In this document: positions 8,130 to 19,266 of the stretch, in pieces
How the letters are laid out: the number at the start of each line of letters is the position of its first letter
Position numbering within the stretch: the first letter of the stretch is position 1
Source of the DNA: Parcubacteria group bacterium
GTDB taxonomy: Bacteria; Patescibacteriota; Minisyncoccia; 2-02-FULL-40-12; IGHO2-01-FULL-4-A
Assembly: GCA_043821485.1 (NCBI GenBank)
Contig: JBDRCU010000038.1
Coordinates: forward strand, 1-60,028
DNA length: 60,028 nucleotides
Reading direction: 5' to 3'
Notes under the pieces: model-generated
Seen by the model: only the letters and a program-made list of their open reading frames with translations
Database searches by the model: none
Told to the model about the DNA's origin: nothing
Program-made: the position numbers and the translations under genes

Positions 8130-9368
8130 CTATAGATTATTCAATATTTCTATTGCTTTTTCAAGCTGTGGGTCTTCTTCATTTTCTGTATGCTCTTTTG
8201 TATGTTCTATTTCAATATCCGGTGTAATCCCCTCATCATTGATAGATAATCCGCTCGGAGTTAACCATTTAGCTATGGTAACCTTGAGTGATGTGTTTTG
8301 TCTTAAGTCTTCGACTTGCTGTACAGAACCTTTTCCAAATGATTGCTCTCCGACAATTGTAATGCCTAATTGATCACGAAGTGCTCCCGCAAGAATCTCT
8401 GAAGCAGAAGCAGAACCTTTATTAATAAGTACAACAACAGGAAATCCTGCAAGTTGTGCATTATGATTTGATTTAAATGCATTTTCACTTCCATTACCAA
8501 ATCGTTCCGTAACCACAACTACATCTGGTTCGAGAAAATAACTAGCAAGGTTTACAGAGGAATCAAGTAACCCGCCTGGGTTATTACGTAAATCCAATAT
8601 TATACCTGTTGCGCCCTCATCAATTAATTCTTTTGCCGCATCACGAAATTGATCGTCAACTTTTTTATTGAATGTATGCACACGAATGCGTGCCAATTTT
8701 TTGCCTTCATTTAGCTCATATTTTTCTCCATCTATAAATGACAATCTGACTGTAGGTATCTCAATCGTGTCTCTTACAACACTAATGTCTTTAGGGTCTC
8801 CATTTCCTTCGCGTGCAATAGTAAGAATTACAGCAGTTCCAATCGGACCCCTAATTTGTTCTACTGCTTCAAAGAGTTGAATGTCTATCGTGTCCTTGCC
8901 ATCAATTGCGATTATAAAATCTCCTGCAAGTAATCCTGCCTTTTCCCCTGGTGTTCCTTCAAGTGGCGCAATTACTGTAAGGCGTTCTTCTCTTATCCCT
9001 ATTTCAATCCCTACACCGCCGAATTCTCCTTTGATAGAATCTGTGAATGCTTCAGTCTGTTCTTTATTCAAAAAAACAGTATATGGATCTCCAACCGCAC
9101 CTACCATTCCCTCAATTGCACCATATACAAGTTTTTGCGTATCAAGGTTTTCTCTATCAACGTATCGATCCTGAATCACATTATATGTATCCCAAAAAAG
9201 TGAAAAATCCACTCCCTCGGGTTTACCTGTGTCTCTGTTATCTATAGTTAAATTTGCAGTAATTGTTTCTGCCTCTTCTACTCTCTCATTGAAATAGCGT
9301 CCGCCTGCAAATCCTATTGCAAGGGCAATAATAATAAGGACAAGAAATGCTGTTTTGTTTTTAGTCAC
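8130..9368 (-). CDS. ctpA: S41 family carboxy-terminal processing protease
   Basis: DPYT, PDZ domain (GVGIEI), DLRNNPGG, SASASEI, FGKGSVQ motifs. Confidence 0.92.
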   Translation of the reverse strand: MTKNKTAFLVLIIIALAIGFAGGRYFNERVEEAETITANLTIDNRDTGKPEGVDFSLFWDTYNVIQDRYVDRENLDTQKLVYGAIEGMVGAVGDPYTVFLNKEQTEAFTDSIKGEFGGVGIEIGIREERLTVIAPLEGTPGEKAGLLAGDFIIAIDGKDTIDIQLFEAVEQIRGPIGTAVILTIAREGNGDPKDISVVRDTIEIPTVRLSFIDGEKYELNEGKKLARIRVHTFNKKVDDQFRDAAKELIDEGATGIILDLRNNPGGLLDSSVNLASYFLEPDVVVVTERFGNGSENAFKSNHNAQLAGFPVVVLINKGSASASEILAGALRDQLGITIVGEQSFGKGSVQQVEDLRQNTSLKVTIAKWLTPSGLSINDEGITPDIEIEHTKEHTENEEDPQLEKAIEILNNL

Positions 9369-10193
9369 TTAAAGATTCTTTTTAAAGACTTCCAGTGTTC
9401 GGTATTTCAGAAAAAATTTGACCGCGCTTGCAACATGCCAGCGGGTCTTTTGATTGAGTATTACATCCAGTACCCCGAACTTAGACTTGGATTGTCTTTG
9501 ATGATAATGATAAAGTTGTGCTTCTGGATAATACACAACCTTGTATCCATTATGCCAGAATCTGCGTGCCCAATCAACGTCTTCAAAGTACATAAAGAAA
9601 CGTTCATCCATTGGACCGACTTTTTTAAGTGCTTTTTGTGATGTTAAGAGTGCTGAACCCATGATCCAATCAGGTGTTTGAATTTCATTTGGATCAGTAT
9701 CCAACATTAAGAAGTCGTCTAACTCGCGTTTCATTGATGGAAGTTTGCCTAGAAATGTTCTTCGTGCAATAACAGTTTTGGGTGTATAGAATTTAAAATA
9801 GTTTCTCTGATGCTCGCCATTGAAATGAAGCATTTGAGGAGCAAGCAAACCTATATCTTCATGCTGTTTCATGTATGAAAGCATCTTAGGTATGGCTTCT
9901 TCTGTGAATATGGTATCAGGATTAACAATTAGAATATATTGTCCTTCAGAAATAGCTATTCCGGTATTTACACCTTTTGAATATCCTAGGTTTTCTTTAC
10001 GCGGTATATATTTGAATCTAGCAAAGCGTTCTTTCCACGCCTGTGCCAAATCCTTCGATACTCTAGTTGCAGAATGGTCAACCACAATCACTTCATACTC
10101 AATATCCTGAACTTTATTCAGTATGGAATCTAGGCAGATTTTCAGGAAATCAGGCGTCCTATAGTGGACGATTATTATTGATAATTCAGGCAT
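9369..10193 (-). CDS. Glycosyltransferase family 2
   Basis: LSIIIVHY, NLGYSKGVN, NPD, FFMYFEDVD. Confidence 0.9.
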   Translation of the reverse strand: MPELSIIIVHYRTPDFLKICLDSILNKVQDIEYEVIVVDHSATRVSKDLAQAWKERFARFKYIPRKENLGYSKGVNTGIAISEGQYILIVNPDTIFTEEAIPKMLSYMKQHEDIGLLAPQMLHFNGEHQRNYFKFYTPKTVIARRTFLGKLPSMKRELDDFLMLDTDPNEIQTPDWIMGSALLTSQKALKKVGPMDERFFMYFEDVDWARRFWHNGYKVVYYPEAQLYHYHQRQSKSKFGVLDVILNQKTRWHVASAVKFFLKYRTLEVFKKNL

Positions 10194-10255
10194 TGAGGAC
10201 TACTCTATCATATATTCCATTCATATCAAATTAAGAGCATGTTAAACTAAATTCA

Positions 10256-11347
10256 ATGAAGGCCTATCAAAAAAAGGTTAAAGAATTTATAGAGAAGTAC
10301 GAAAGATATCTCTCTCCTGGAGCCCTAATATTCGGATTCATTGTAGACATTCTCACGCTAACGCGGGTAGATTTGGTATTTGATAATTTTGTATTTCTTT
10401 TCTATTTGACTCTATCGGGTATCGTGATCTGGATGCTTAATGCCTATGAAGCTAATAAGTTGCGTTCACATTTTGTAGAAAAGTATTATCCATGGCTTCG
10501 TTTTGTTTTGCAGTTCGCATTCGGCGGAATGTTTAGCGGATTTGTAGTGCTTTATTCTCGAAGCGCATCTATTGCCGGAAGTTGGCCATTTATTTTGGTG
10601 CTGGTTGTCCTTTTCTTGAGCAATGAATTCTCAAAAGATAAAACCAAACACTTCAGGCTCGTATTTCAGCTCGGAGTATATTTTCTAGCTATTTTCTCAT
10701 ACTTAATTTTTGCAATTCCAGTTGTTATAGATCATATGGGTCCAGGAATATTTATTGCAAGCGGTATAATCAGCCTTTTCCTTATAAGAATGTATGTCCT
10801 TTTATTAGAGCGTACAATTCCATGGAAGGTTTATTTTAATCAGGCTAGTATTGTTAAAACAATAGGTTTGATTTTTATAGTTTACAACTTTTTGTATTTC
10901 ACTAATATCATCCCTCCGATTCCCCTTTCATTAAAAGATTTAACTCTTGCTCACTCTGTAACCAAACAAGAAAATATCTATACCGTACAATATGAAGATG
11001 CTCCATGGTATAAATTTTACAGAGAATTCGATTCGACATATCATTGGAGGCCAGGAATGCCAGTTTACGTTTATAGCTCTGTATATGCCCCTGCACAATT
11101 AAGAACAAAAATAGTTCATGAATGGTCATATCATGATGGAGATGACTGGATCGTTGTAAGCGAAATCATATATCCTATTGCAGGCGGACGCAAGGATGGC
11201 TATAGAGGCTATTCAGTTAAAAACAACATCTCTCCGGGCAAATGGCGAGTGGACGTTCAGACAGAACGAGGGCAAATGCTAGGCAGAACAGAATTTGAAA
11301 TATTAGAATCAGATATCACGCCTGAATTAAAAACAAAGTATAGGTAA
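10256..11347 (+). CDS. Multi-pass membrane protein with C-terminal DUF2914-like domain
   Basis: About 7 TM helices then GGRKDGYRGYS.K...PGKWRVDV.T..G. Confidence 0.75.
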   Translation: MKAYQKKVKEFIEKYERYLSPGALIFGFIVDILTLTRVDLVFDNFVFLFYLTLSGIVIWMLNAYEANKLRSHFVEKYYPWLRFVLQFAFGGMFSGFVVLYSRSASIAGSWPFILVLVVLFLSNEFSKDKTKHFRLVFQLGVYFLAIFSYLIFAIPVVIDHMGPGIFIASGIISLFLIRMYVLLLERTIPWKVYFNQASIVKTIGLIFIVYNFLYFTNIIPPIPLSLKDLTLAHSVTKQENIYTVQYEDAPWYKFYREFDSTYHWRPGMPVYVYSSVYAPAQLRTKIVHEWSYHDGDDWIVVSEIIYPIAGGRKDGYRGYSVKNNISPGKWRVDVQTERGQMLGRTEFEILESDITPELKTKYR

Positions 11348-11420
11348 AGTTTACAAAAAAAAGCTGATAAGTGTTATACTATTCCTAGCACATTTATCAG
11401 AAGTTTAAATAATTTTCATC

Positions 11421-12404
11421 ATGAAAAAAATATTAGTATTGTTGATATTGATAATCCTTCTATTAGCTGTCTATATTCTCTTTTATACAAAAGGGGCAAC
11501 TAGTATAAAAGCAACAGGAGAGTGGATGACAGTAGAGAACGAATATAGTGGCTATGAATTAGAGATAGATTCTTCTTGGAACTGGTTTTTGGATTTCCCG
11601 CAAGATAGAAACCCAGCTACAAGTTACAGGAATGTCATGTATTTAAATTCTAATGAAATGCACGACTCAGATGATTTTTTCACTAGTGAAATAAAAATTT
11701 ATGCCTTCAAAAGTCATAAAAGATCATCGGAAGATAAGTCGGCTAACTTGTTAGAAAATAATTGGGTATTAGAAGAGGCTACACTTGGAGGGTTGGATGC
11801 TACTAGGGCAACTATTGCAGGAGAACAAGACGAATTCTACGGAGAGGGAGAGTTTGCTTTTCATCAGGTGTTTGCAGATGACACAAATAATACTACCTAT
11901 GTCTTGGAATATTACGATGAAAATAATAAAGAAGAGTACCTTGACTTATTCAACCATATAGTCGACACATTTGAATTAACTGATGCACGTGAAGATACGG
12001 ATCACACTCTAGATGAAGATCTTGAATACGAAGAATATTCTCTATCTACTAGTTTTATTGATTCTGGTCTAACAGTTTTGACTGTAGCAGAAAATCCACA
12101 CGGAGATTATTCTATAATAGTTGCAACAGAGACTAATGAGAACGACGACTACTGTGGTTCAAAGACATATTCAGGTAATTCCTGCTACTTTTTCATCAAG
12201 CCTAAACATACATACGAGACATTTGGGGACATGGAATTAATAGCTGTATGGTCTGGTACATTGGATGGGCTAGATAAGAATTCGTTTGTGTTCAAAGATT
12301 CAAATAATATAGAGTTTACCTCCTCTTTTGGTGATTCCGTTGCGCAGGGTACGTTACATTGGAAATTAGATGTCGAGAGAAAAACAATTACAGAGTTGAA
12401 ATAG
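11421..12404 (+). CDS. Exported acidic hypothetical protein
   Basis: 327-aa ORF with N-terminal hydrophobic anchor; no recognised family. Confidence 0.75.
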   Translation: MKKILVLLILIILLLAVYILFYTKGATSIKATGEWMTVENEYSGYELEIDSSWNWFLDFPQDRNPATSYRNVMYLNSNEMHDSDDFFTSEIKIYAFKSHKRSSEDKSANLLENNWVLEEATLGGLDATRATIAGEQDEFYGEGEFAFHQVFADDTNNTTYVLEYYDENNKEEYLDLFNHIVDTFELTDAREDTDHTLDEDLEYEEYSLSTSFIDSGLTVLTVAENPHGDYSIIVATETNENDDYCGSKTYSGNSCYFFIKPKHTYETFGDMELIAVWSGTLDGLDKNSFVFKDSNNIEFTSSFGDSVAQGTLHWKLDVERKTITELK

Positions 12405-12412
12405 TCTTAAGT

Positions 12413-13504
12413 TTATTCTAAAATCGTTCTAAATAATTCTTGTATTGCATCGTAATTATCTTCTAACGGCAGTAAGATATATTCTCCGCTGAAGCCGTGG
12501 GATTCACGGAGTAAGTTTTGAGTCGTTAATACGTAATGTTCTATGTCAGGTGTATTGCCTACCGATTCTGCTATTGCGAGTAAGTCTTTGACTTCCCATA
12601 TTTGAAGATCGGTTCTTACATTACCTTTCAGATCATCTAGCAAAGATAGGACTTTTACAGGATTTGTGAGAAAGCCTAATGAACTAGCCTTGTCTTTAAT
12701 AGCCTGTATAACCTGTTGCTGTCTTCGTGCACGATCGAAATCATTAGAGCCATATCGTGAACGTACATAGTACAGAGTGTTTTGTCCGTCTAAATGATTT
12801 TCTCCTTCGGGTAATTCAAATGGATAACCCCATTGTTTGGATTCACTGAAGGGTTTATTAAGATAGATATCGATACCGCCCAATGTATCAACTATGTCTT
12901 GAAATGCTTCAAAATCAAAAACAATTCCGTAATCAATGTATATTCCGGAAAATTTTGAAACTACTTGTTTGGCAAGTACAATTCCTCCGTCTTTCGACAA
13001 CCCCTTAACATAGACTTCGTTAATTTTTCCTCTGACTCTATAATCGTCGTCATATTCTGGAACAGGCATATCGATATAGAAGTCACGTGGGATTGAAATC
13101 ATTGCAACCTCTTTCGTTATCTCGTCATAACTTAAAACAATCATTGTATCAGTAAGCCATTGTCCTGCTGATTCTTCGCCGTCATCTCCGCGCATACCCA
13201 TAATCAATATGTCTATGCGATTAGGCTCTTCTTCAGGTATTGGATTAGGATCTACGAATGCTATTGTTTCGCCTGAATTCAAACCGAATAAACCAGTTAG
13301 ATTTCCCCACCATGATTGCCTGTCTTTCGGTGCAGTATTGTCTACTACGATAGTGTTATATGCCAAACCAAAACTTACAACACTATAAAGTATTGCCAGA
13401 AACAATAATCCACCCACATAGATGTACCACTTTTTATACCACCGTTTTTGATTGCGAGGTTTATATGTATAGATTTGAAATTGTCCTTCTGGTTTTGAAC
13501 TCAC
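12413..13504 (-). CDS. LytR-CpsA-Psr (LCP) family glycopolymer transferase
   Basis: TM anchor; TDTMIV, SIPRD, KINE, YVRSR...DFDRARRQQ. Confidence 0.92.
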   Translation of the reverse strand: MSSKPEGQFQIYTYKPRNQKRWYKKWYIYVGGLLFLAILYSVVSFGLAYNTIVVDNTAPKDRQSWWGNLTGLFGLNSGETIAFVDPNPIPEEEPNRIDILIMGMRGDDGEESAGQWLTDTMIVLSYDEITKEVAMISIPRDFYIDMPVPEYDDDYRVRGKINEVYVKGLSKDGGIVLAKQVVSKFSGIYIDYGIVFDFEAFQDIVDTLGGIDIYLNKPFSESKQWGYPFELPEGENHLDGQNTLYYVRSRYGSNDFDRARRQQQVIQAIKDKASSLGFLTNPVKVLSLLDDLKGNVRTDLQIWEVKDLLAIAESVGNTPDIEHYVLTTQNLLRESHGFSGEYILLPLEDNYDAIQELFRTILE

Positions 13505-13509
13505 TTATA

Positions 13510-14535
13510 TTATTTACTGATATATCCTCTCATTTGTGACGCAGAGATTTTTGCTTTTTTCATAGTTTCTTTCCGTTTTCGCAACATGCCTGGTAAAAGC
13601 CTGAAGAACCTTGGATATTCCAAAAACACTCCAGCCTCTATGAATAATGTGTAAAAAAATACCCCGAGCTCACGAGCAATGATCCAAGGTAAATCACGTA
13701 GTATGTTTACTATATAATCATTTTTGATGATTGTAAAACGAGTATTAGCCCAATCAAGGCGGCGCTTCTTCAGTGGAATGCTTTTTCTTTTCCCAATGCG
13801 TCCCATGTGATTCATTAGGCCGTGTGAGATATCTTTCGTTGTCGCGCGATCATGGTAGGCAATAACTTCCGGACTGTATATCTGTTTCCATCCAAAAAGT
13901 GTTATGCGCCAAGCAAGATCAAAATCATCTCCATACCAAAAATAATCCGGATCAGCAAAACTGCCTTCAATCTTGATATCTTCAAGTGTTTTTTTGCGAA
14001 AAATCGGAACAGCACCCTCTACTCCGAAAATTTGTTTTTCTTTATTGTACTGACCTCTGTCTGCTTCGCCATGACCTTCATTAATAAGTCTTCTTGAACA
14101 AAACATCTTGAATCCTACTGTATCAATCATGCGTTCCTTTCTGTCGTAGCTGTCATAGCTATACACCTTAGCCTGAACAGAACCAATCTTTTTATCTTTC
14201 TCAAAAACAGTTACGGCATTTTCTACAAAATGCGGATTTAATATAGTGTCTAAAGAAAGGGCAATAATATATTCCCCCTTGCTGTATTCAAGAGCTTCAT
14301 TCTGTGTTGTCCAAAGCCCCGGATTATCTTTGCGTTCAATTAGATTAAATTCAGGATGGTCTTTTTTAATAATTTCTAGCGTATCGTCACTTGAATTATT
14401 ATCAATAAGATTAACTTCGATATTTTTGTAAGTTTGTTTTTTAATCGAGTCTAAGCAGGGACGTATATAGCGTCCATCGCCTAGCTTTGTTGCATTCCAA
14501 ACAACTATATTAATTGTTACGATCGGTTGAGACAC
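13510..14535 (-). CDS. Glycosyltransferase family 2
   Basis: INIVVWN, DNNSSD, YGDDFDL motifs. Confidence 0.88.
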   Translation of the reverse strand: MSQPIVTINIVVWNATKLGDGRYIRPCLDSIKKQTYKNIEVNLIDNNSSDDTLEIIKKDHPEFNLIERKDNPGLWTTQNEALEYSKGEYIIALSLDTILNPHFVENAVTVFEKDKKIGSVQAKVYSYDSYDRKERMIDTVGFKMFCSRRLINEGHGEADRGQYNKEKQIFGVEGAVPIFRKKTLEDIKIEGSFADPDYFWYGDDFDLAWRITLFGWKQIYSPEVIAYHDRATTKDISHGLMNHMGRIGKRKSIPLKKRRLDWANTRFTIIKNDYIVNILRDLPWIIARELGVFFYTLFIEAGVFLEYPRFFRLLPGMLRKRKETMKKAKISASQMRGYISK

Positions 14536-16072
14536 GATAACTTGTTATTAAAGCTACTGTTATGACAAATAGGAGGAAGGCTCTTTCATCAAAAAGTGCA
14601 AAGTCAGTCATAGAATAACCCAGTACCCAGACGATGAATATTAAACCAGCGCCACTATATATTTGTATAATACGATTTTTTGAATTTATAAATTGTGAAT
14701 ATTCCCTGCGAAGCAATATCCAGATGAACCAAAGGGAAACCAGAAGTGCTGTTATTCCCATCTCTGCCGCTATATGAAGATAGAGATTATGTGCGGATGA
14801 ACCTGCTTTTGATAACGCTATATCCTGATTAAGGACAACTGGAAAATTTGCAATCCCAACACCTCGCAAAGGTTTATCTGCGATCGATTTGATTGTAGTT
14901 TTCCATATCTTTATACGAGCCGCATTAGACATCTCTGCCCAGTTAAAAACTGAGCGTAAACGGTTGCGAAGTAATGCATCGTCATCCTTTGAAAGCTGAA
15001 ATTGATCAGATGTAAATATTGGCTGTGTAATTACGAATAAAAGCATAAATATCACAAAGAAAACAGATATATACTTTATGATATTTTTTTTATCTTGAAT
15101 TAATCTCTGTCTGAAAAAGGCCATGAATATACCCAAAACCAGAACTGTACCTATGACAGCTGCCCATATTCCACGCGTCCCAGTTAATATCATTATGAAC
15201 ATTATCAAAGGGATCCATAAAATATGCATCTTAGCGCGTGTCCTTATAGCTGTTTTGAAATTAGTAAAATCAATATTTTTCAAAGCAATGGCAAACAAAG
15301 CTGGCAATCCAAGCAATAGAAATATCGGGAACGAATGCGTGTCCGGGAATAGCGAGAATACTCTAAGAGATAATTGAGGTCCATAATATGCAAACCAAGT
15401 ATTACCCGTTTCCACCGCAATGGTACACCATTGCTGACCAAATTGACGGCATTGGATTCCCCATCCCCAAATATCCACAAAACCATATATATCTACAAGA
15501 TACGTTGAAAGAAGTTGTAATAATCCTGCTAGTGTTACGATAACAACTGGTATTGCAATATTCTTAATTAAACGTTCTTTCAAATCAGGAATTTTACCAA
15601 TGAGATCATAGATAACTATTCCAATCAGAGATAAGTTTACGAAATAGATGACTCTTTTGATGGCTGCCATTGCATCAATTGCAACAAGTACAGATACAAG
15701 AGCAAGCAATAGCAGTAGTACCAGAGCCAATAGAATATTGTCTGAATGAAAACGTGTTAGATTCTTAATTCTTGTTTTTATCCATTCAAAAGGATTCACC
15801 CTAATAAGCCCCCATTTGATGAATAGAATTGCTGAAATGATTCGCCATGTATTTAAAGAATCGAATGTCTCCGTCAAAGGCAAAGCGATAAATAGCGGGA
15901 TCGATCTTATGAAAAGCACTATGCCGTCTTCAATAGGTGCAGTGATTGTATAGACTGCGAGTATTACTAATAGGTATAGAGCAAAAGAACGCGGTACAAT
16001 ACCTAAAATTATCAAAACAAAAAGCAGGACTTCAAAGACAAATACTATATTTAATAATGAGGGTTTTCTCAT
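14510..16072 (-). CDS. O-antigen ligase (WaaL/Wzy_C)-like membrane protein
   Basis: Many TM helices; LTGTRG, R..IW, GVG..NF, HNLYL..AAEMGI motifs. Confidence 0.85.
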   Translation of the reverse strand: MRKPSLLNIVFVFEVLLFVLIILGIVPRSFALYLLVILAVYTITAPIEDGIVLFIRSIPLFIALPLTETFDSLNTWRIISAILFIKWGLIRVNPFEWIKTRIKNLTRFHSDNILLALVLLLLLALVSVLVAIDAMAAIKRVIYFVNLSLIGIVIYDLIGKIPDLKERLIKNIAIPVVIVTLAGLLQLLSTYLVDIYGFVDIWGWGIQCRQFGQQWCTIAVETGNTWFAYYGPQLSLRVFSLFPDTHSFPIFLLLGLPALFAIALKNIDFTNFKTAIRTRAKMHILWIPLIMFIMILTGTRGIWAAVIGTVLVLGIFMAFFRQRLIQDKKNIIKYISVFFVIFMLLFVITQPIFTSDQFQLSKDDDALLRNRLRSVFNWAEMSNAARIKIWKTTIKSIADKPLRGVGIANFPVVLNQDIALSKAGSSAHNLYLHIAAEMGITALLVSLWFIWILLRREYSQFINSKNRIIQIYSGAGLIFIVWVLGYSMTDFALFDERAFLLFVITVALITSYRVSTDRNN

Positions 16073-16073
16073 T

Positions 16074-17216
16074 CTATTTTGCTACATCTTTACATAATTG
16101 TAAAAATCGTTCTGTGTGTTGAGACCACGTAAATCGTTTTGTAATTTCATCTGCGCTGTCTTTAATCTTTTCACGTTTAGCTGTATTTGTTAAGCTTTCG
16201 CGTAATGCATCTGCCATGGCATCTACGTTATGTAATTTCTGAACAAAGAAAGCATTGTCTCCGTAAAGTTCATGTGATAATGCATTATCTGCCACAACAG
16301 GAATACTGCCTAGAGCAAGAGCTTCAAGAGGAGGCAAGCCGAATGCTTCGCTATCAGATACATATACAGTCAAAAGAGCATATTTATATAACCTTATTAG
16401 CACTTCATCCTTCTCTATATAATCTTTGCGTGTAATGCGTTCAGATCCTAATTCAGAATTTATTTTTTTAATCAAAGAGTCCAGTATCGGTGGCCTATAT
16501 TTATCTCCTCCTACTATATGCAATTTAAGTTCTGGAAAATCCTTTGAAATCTTTTTGAATGCCAATATCAATTCGCGCGCATGACGTCTTGGAAAGGCTT
16601 GAGCAATGCACGCTATATATTTATTTGAATCATCGCCCTCGCATTCTTTATCTTTCAGCCCAATAGCACGTTCCATAATATCAATACCAAGATGATTAAC
16701 CGTAATACGTCTTGAGTCTATTTTAAATAATTTTGCGATATCTTTTTTGGCTGCATGAGATAATGTCATTAAATGTGTTGCGTGCTTTACTGCCCAATTA
16801 ACGAAGATCCTATATGCAACTCTATGTCTTAGCTTCTGCGCAGGAGAACGCATTTCATAATAGATATCATTTGTCATATGAACAATAGATTTGCCTCGGA
16901 ATAGGATCGGTAACATGTAGTTAGGTAGGAATACAATATCAAGCTTGTGAAACCAAAGGTACACTGGAAGTAGGATATAATAATACAAACTAAAAGACGA
17001 AAACCATTGCCATGGCAAACGAATTAACTTTTTTTCAAAAATTGGATTATCTAAAAAGGGCAAATCTGGTATATGACGTTTGAAGTATAGAAAAAACTTG
17101 AACTCACTTTTAAGCTCCGGGCGTTCATTTATTTCTTTCAATATTTGAGTTACGACCCTGCCTAATCCCCATCCGTTATCTTCAATAGATTCGCACTCAA
17201 TGCCGACTTTAATCAT
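16074..17216 (-). CDS. Glycosyltransferase family 4
   Basis: EAFGLPPLEALA GT-B signature. Confidence 0.9.
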   Translation of the reverse strand: MIKVGIECESIEDNGWGLGRVVTQILKEINERPELKSEFKFFLYFKRHIPDLPFLDNPIFEKKLIRLPWQWFSSFSLYYYILLPVYLWFHKLDIVFLPNYMLPILFRGKSIVHMTNDIYYEMRSPAQKLRHRVAYRIFVNWAVKHATHLMTLSHAAKKDIAKLFKIDSRRITVNHLGIDIMERAIGLKDKECEGDDSNKYIACIAQAFPRRHARELILAFKKISKDFPELKLHIVGGDKYRPPILDSLIKKINSELGSERITRKDYIEKDEVLIRLYKYALLTVYVSDSEAFGLPPLEALALGSIPVVADNALSHELYGDNAFFVQKLHNVDAMADALRESLTNTAKREKIKDSADEITKRFTWSQHTERFLQLCKDVAK

Positions 17217-17219
17217 TTT

Positions 17220-18140
17220 TTAGAAAATCTTTTGGCCGAATTGTCTCTTTTTATAATCCTTAAGAGCCGTAATTATCATCCTTGATATTTCCGTATTGCG
17301 TCCAATAAACATCTTCAATTGTTGTTTCAGTATAGTAAAAAACACCCACAACGGCAATAAAAATTTAATATACCATGGTGCATACTGTTCAGCTAATAAA
17401 AGCATGTTTCGATAGTTGTAGTACATTATTTTTGCATTTCCCAAAGAGCCTGCAGAAACAGACATCTCGTGAAAAATGAGAGATCTTTTTGCAATGGCTA
17501 TAGTCCATCCTTTCGATCTGGCGCGCAAGTTATATTCGATATCCTCTCTGTATAAAAAATATATATCATCCATTGGCCCGATATCCTCTATCAATTCACG
17601 TTTAATTAACATGGATGCGCCTATCGCATAATAGCCAGATTCAATAATATGATTGCCGGGTTCAAGCGTTGAGTGTTGTCCGTAGGGATTTAACCAGCTT
17701 ATTGGTCCGCCTGCATAGACTTTATCCCCTTCTTCAGCTATTACTGATTGCACTATACCAATTGATTTATCGGATTCAGCTATTTTAACCATCGCATTAA
17801 GAAAATCTGGATCTACTGTAGTATCGTTATTTAAAATTAATACATAATCCGCATTATTTTCCATGGCATATTTTATTCCAGTATTATTTCCTCCTGCATA
17901 ACCTAGATTATTATCATTTGAAATAAATAGAAAATCACGCTTACCCTCAAAATCTTGTTTGATATATAGCCGAGTGCTATTTGCGTGTTTTGCATCTGAT
18001 GCATTGTCTACAACAATTACTTTAAAATCCGGATATGTAATTTGTTGCAATGAATCAAGACACTTGAATGTCTCTTCTGAATGATTGTATTGCAATACAA
18101 TTATGAAAACTTTTGGATAATTATTCTTCTCTTGATTCAT
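17220..18140 (-). CDS. Glycosyltransferase family 2
   Basis: NLGYAGGNN, LNND, YFLYREDIE; ATG 18140 (ORF track starts 18152). Confidence 0.88.
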   Translation of the reverse strand: MNQEKNNYPKVFIIVLQYNHSEETFKCLDSLQQITYPDFKVIVVDNASDAKHANSTRLYIKQDFEGKRDFLFISNDNNLGYAGGNNTGIKYAMENNADYVLILNNDTTVDPDFLNAMVKIAESDKSIGIVQSVIAEEGDKVYAGGPISWLNPYGQHSTLEPGNHIIESGYYAIGASMLIKRELIEDIGPMDDIYFLYREDIEYNLRARSKGWTIAIAKRSLIFHEMSVSAGSLGNAKIMYYNYRNMLLLAEQYAPWYIKFLLPLWVFFTILKQQLKMFIGRNTEISRMIITALKDYKKRQFGQKIF

Positions 18141-19266
18141 GAAGTTTTTCAATTACAAATTGTCTTATTTCTTTTTCAAAACGTTCAGGCCCAAATGGTA
18201 ATGCTGTTTTTCTGATGATTTCCGGATTAAATTTATCTAGACTCTCTTTCAATATACGTACGCCATTTGCAAGAGAGGCTTCTGTGGGATCTTCAAAAAA
18301 AATTCCATTTATACCCTCATCAATATATTCTACCGCACCACCAGCCTTGAGTGCTACTACTGGCTTGCCATAACTCATTGCTTCAATAGGTGTCAGACCA
18401 AAATCTTCCTCCTGCGGCATTATGAAAGCTATACAATTGCGATAGTGTTCGGCTACCACTTTATCATCTTGGTATCCCATTAAAGTGACGTTTGGTTCGG
18501 CAAGAGATTTCAATTTTCTGTATTCAGGCCCATCGCCTATTATTACAAGCGGCCATCCGAGTTTATTAAATGCTTTTACTGCAATATCTACATTTTTATG
18601 TTTATAGAGCCTTGAAACGATTAGATAAAATACTTTGTGTTCAGGAGCGGCCCTAGAAGCTATATCAACAGGAGGATATACCATCCTTGAATCCCTATGA
18701 TAATACTTTTTTATGCGTTTCTGCACATTCTTGGATATAGCGATGAAATGATCTACTCTAGTTGCAGCTTTGCTATCCCAGAGTCTTAATATATGTTGGC
18801 TTAATGCAGTAAATATTTTCATTAATGCTGATCTCTCTTGAATCCCTTCAGCAAATCTATCCCATACTTGTCTAGTTGGACTATAGCAATAGGAAATATG
18901 CATTGTCTTAGGCTTTAATATTAAACCTTTGGAATATGCAGTTGAAGAAGATATAACGAGGTCGTACTCACTAAAATCAAGTGATTCAATAGCACTTGGA
19001 AGATATGGCAACATACGACTTGGCTTTTTGCCCGGTCTGAAGTTCTTTTGAAGATGAGTTGCTCGTATATCTGCTTCTGGTAAGAAGTCTCGAGTGAAGC
19101 AAGGGTTAAAAAAAAGGGTATATATTGGTGCTTGCGGAAATATCTTATGAAGTGCTTTGAGTACTCGGTCTGCTCCGCCCATGCCCAATAGCCAGTCATG
19201 TACTAAGGCAATCTTAGTATTAGGAAGTATTGAAATATTTTGTTGTTCAGGGTCGGATAATGGCAT
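18121..19266 (-). CDS. Glycosyltransferase family 4
   Basis: ALVHDWL..MGGADRVL; EDFGLTPIEAMS.GKPV. Confidence 0.9.
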   Translation of the reverse strand: MPLSDPEQQNISILPNTKIALVHDWLLGMGGADRVLKALHKIFPQAPIYTLFFNPCFTRDFLPEADIRATHLQKNFRPGKKPSRMLPYLPSAIESLDFSEYDLVISSSTAYSKGLILKPKTMHISYCYSPTRQVWDRFAEGIQERSALMKIFTALSQHILRLWDSKAATRVDHFIAISKNVQKRIKKYYHRDSRMVYPPVDIASRAAPEHKVFYLIVSRLYKHKNVDIAVKAFNKLGWPLVIIGDGPEYRKLKSLAEPNVTLMGYQDDKVVAEHYRNCIAFIMPQEEDFGLTPIEAMSYGKPVVALKAGGAVEYIDEGINGIFFEDPTEASLANGVRILKESLDKFNPEIIRKTALPFGPERFEKEIRQFVIEKLHESREE

